A stretch of DNA of 37,168 nucleotides, from contig CAWJFP010000037.1 in NCBI GenBank assembly GCA_963842155.1, positions 1 to 37,168 on the forward strand. The letters run 5' to 3'. How positions within the stretch are numbered: position 1 is the first letter of the stretch; each line of letters opens with the position of its first letter. Made by a program: the position numbers and the translations under genes. Source of the DNA: an uncultured Pseudomonadota bacterium. GTDB taxonomy: Bacteria; Pseudomonadota; Alphaproteobacteria; JACZXZ01. Positions 36,606 through 37,168 of the stretch are shown here, one piece after another. The notes under the pieces were generated by a model. It was not told the origin of the DNA, did not search any database, and was given only the letters and a program-made list of their open reading frames with translations.

Positions 36606-37168
36606 ATGTCGGCCCAGACCTATCTGTTCCCCTGCCTTACCGATAATTTCGGCGTGCTCATCCGCGATCCGACGAGCGGCGCCACGGCGTCGATCGATGC
36701 GCCGGAGGCCGCCCCGGTCGAAGCCGCGCTGAAAACGACCGGCTGGGGGCTCACCGATATCCTCGTGACGCATCATCACTGGCGATCACACCGCCGGCAT
36801 CGGCGAGCTGAAGGCGCATCACAAGTGCCGCGTCGTTGCCCCGCGCAACGAGGCGCAGCGTATCGCCCATGTCGACGAAGCGGTCGGCGAGAGCGATACG
36901 GTGAAGGTCGGCGTGCTCGAGGGCCGTGTCATCGACACGCCCGGCCACACCGCCGGCCATATCTCAATCTCTTTCGCCGACAAGCTCGCCTTTGTCGGCT
37001 ATATGTTGTTCTCGATCGGTTGCGGCCGCGTCATCGAAGGCACTCCGGAGATGATGTGGAATTCGCTCGTCAAATTGCGGGTGCTGCCCGATGACACCCT
37101 GTTTTTCTGCGGCCACGACATACTGCCGCCAATATCCGCTTCGCCAAGACCATCGAGCCGAACAACAA
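36606..37168 (+). CDS. gloB: Hydroxyacylglutathione hydrolase (glyoxalase II), partial at window end, with two apparent single-nucleotide frameshifts
   Basis: [35 protein letters not shown]...ILVTHHHW then, after an extra C (tggCgatcac), [113 protein letters not shown] missing base near 37118 is needed to continue into [26 protein letters not shown] is the MBL/glyoxalase II zinc motif. Confidence 0.7.

Overview
This 37.2-kb window is high-GC (about 65-68%) alphaproteobacterial-type (Rhizobiales-like) chromosomal DNA. It has a housekeeping-looking left third, an accessory-looking centre and right part, and a decayed mosaic right end.

Left third: a meaB fragment, a csbD-like gene, a MetE-like methionine synthase II, a GST, the speH-speE polyamine operon, a DUF2336-like gene and an SDR.

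Small decayed insertion scar (about 6.5-8.1 kb): the 5' half of a tRNA-Ser(UGA) gene, an IS1-family transposase remnant, a tRNA-like 3' fragment and a small membrane-protein gene whose C-terminus reads through into foreign DNA.

Centre: (1) a TPP-dependent enzyme whose N-terminus carries an 81-bp in-frame tandem duplication, giving an S/Y/G-rich low-complexity extension. (2) A LIV-type ABC importer locus with a divergent AraC-family regulator and the order SBP | LivH-LivM-LivG-LivF. The LivF-like ATPase ORF continues without a stop through a PAE-rich linker into a UPF0261 (Tm-1-like) domain and is followed by the canonical UPF0261 partner, a PEP-hydrolase-like TIM barrel. This is the most unusual architecture in the window. 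(3) A giant (~1085 aa) flotillin/SPFH protein with about twelve near-identical 132-bp (44-aa) coiled-coil repeats. (4) A xanthine-dehydrogenase-family molybdenum hydroxylase cluster: two SRPBCC proteins, FAD and 2Fe-2S subunits, a Mo subunit split into two ORFs, and CoxD/CoxE-like MoxR and VWA maturation factors. It is followed by an amidohydrolase-2, an MBL-fold hydrolase and an SMP-30/gluconolactonase::isochorismatase-like fusion. This looks like a candidate N-heterocycle or lactone catabolic island rather than a true CO dehydrogenase.

Right end: an IS5-family element with 4-bp TTTA target-site duplications inserted into an SDR gene, a ~0.8-kb low-GC segment carrying a truncated isochorismatase-like gene fused at a sharp junction to an AraC C-terminal fragment, a decayed cytochrome P450 and a frameshifted gloB.

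At least eleven single-nucleotide indels interrupt otherwise conserved reading frames (csbD, SBP, LivM x2, TIM barrel, flotillin, Mo subunit, amidohydrolase, gloB x2, P450). Most are +1 G/C insertions. They suggest either assembly error (the right end may be a contig end) or real pseudogenisation, and every call on an affected gene carries that caveat.
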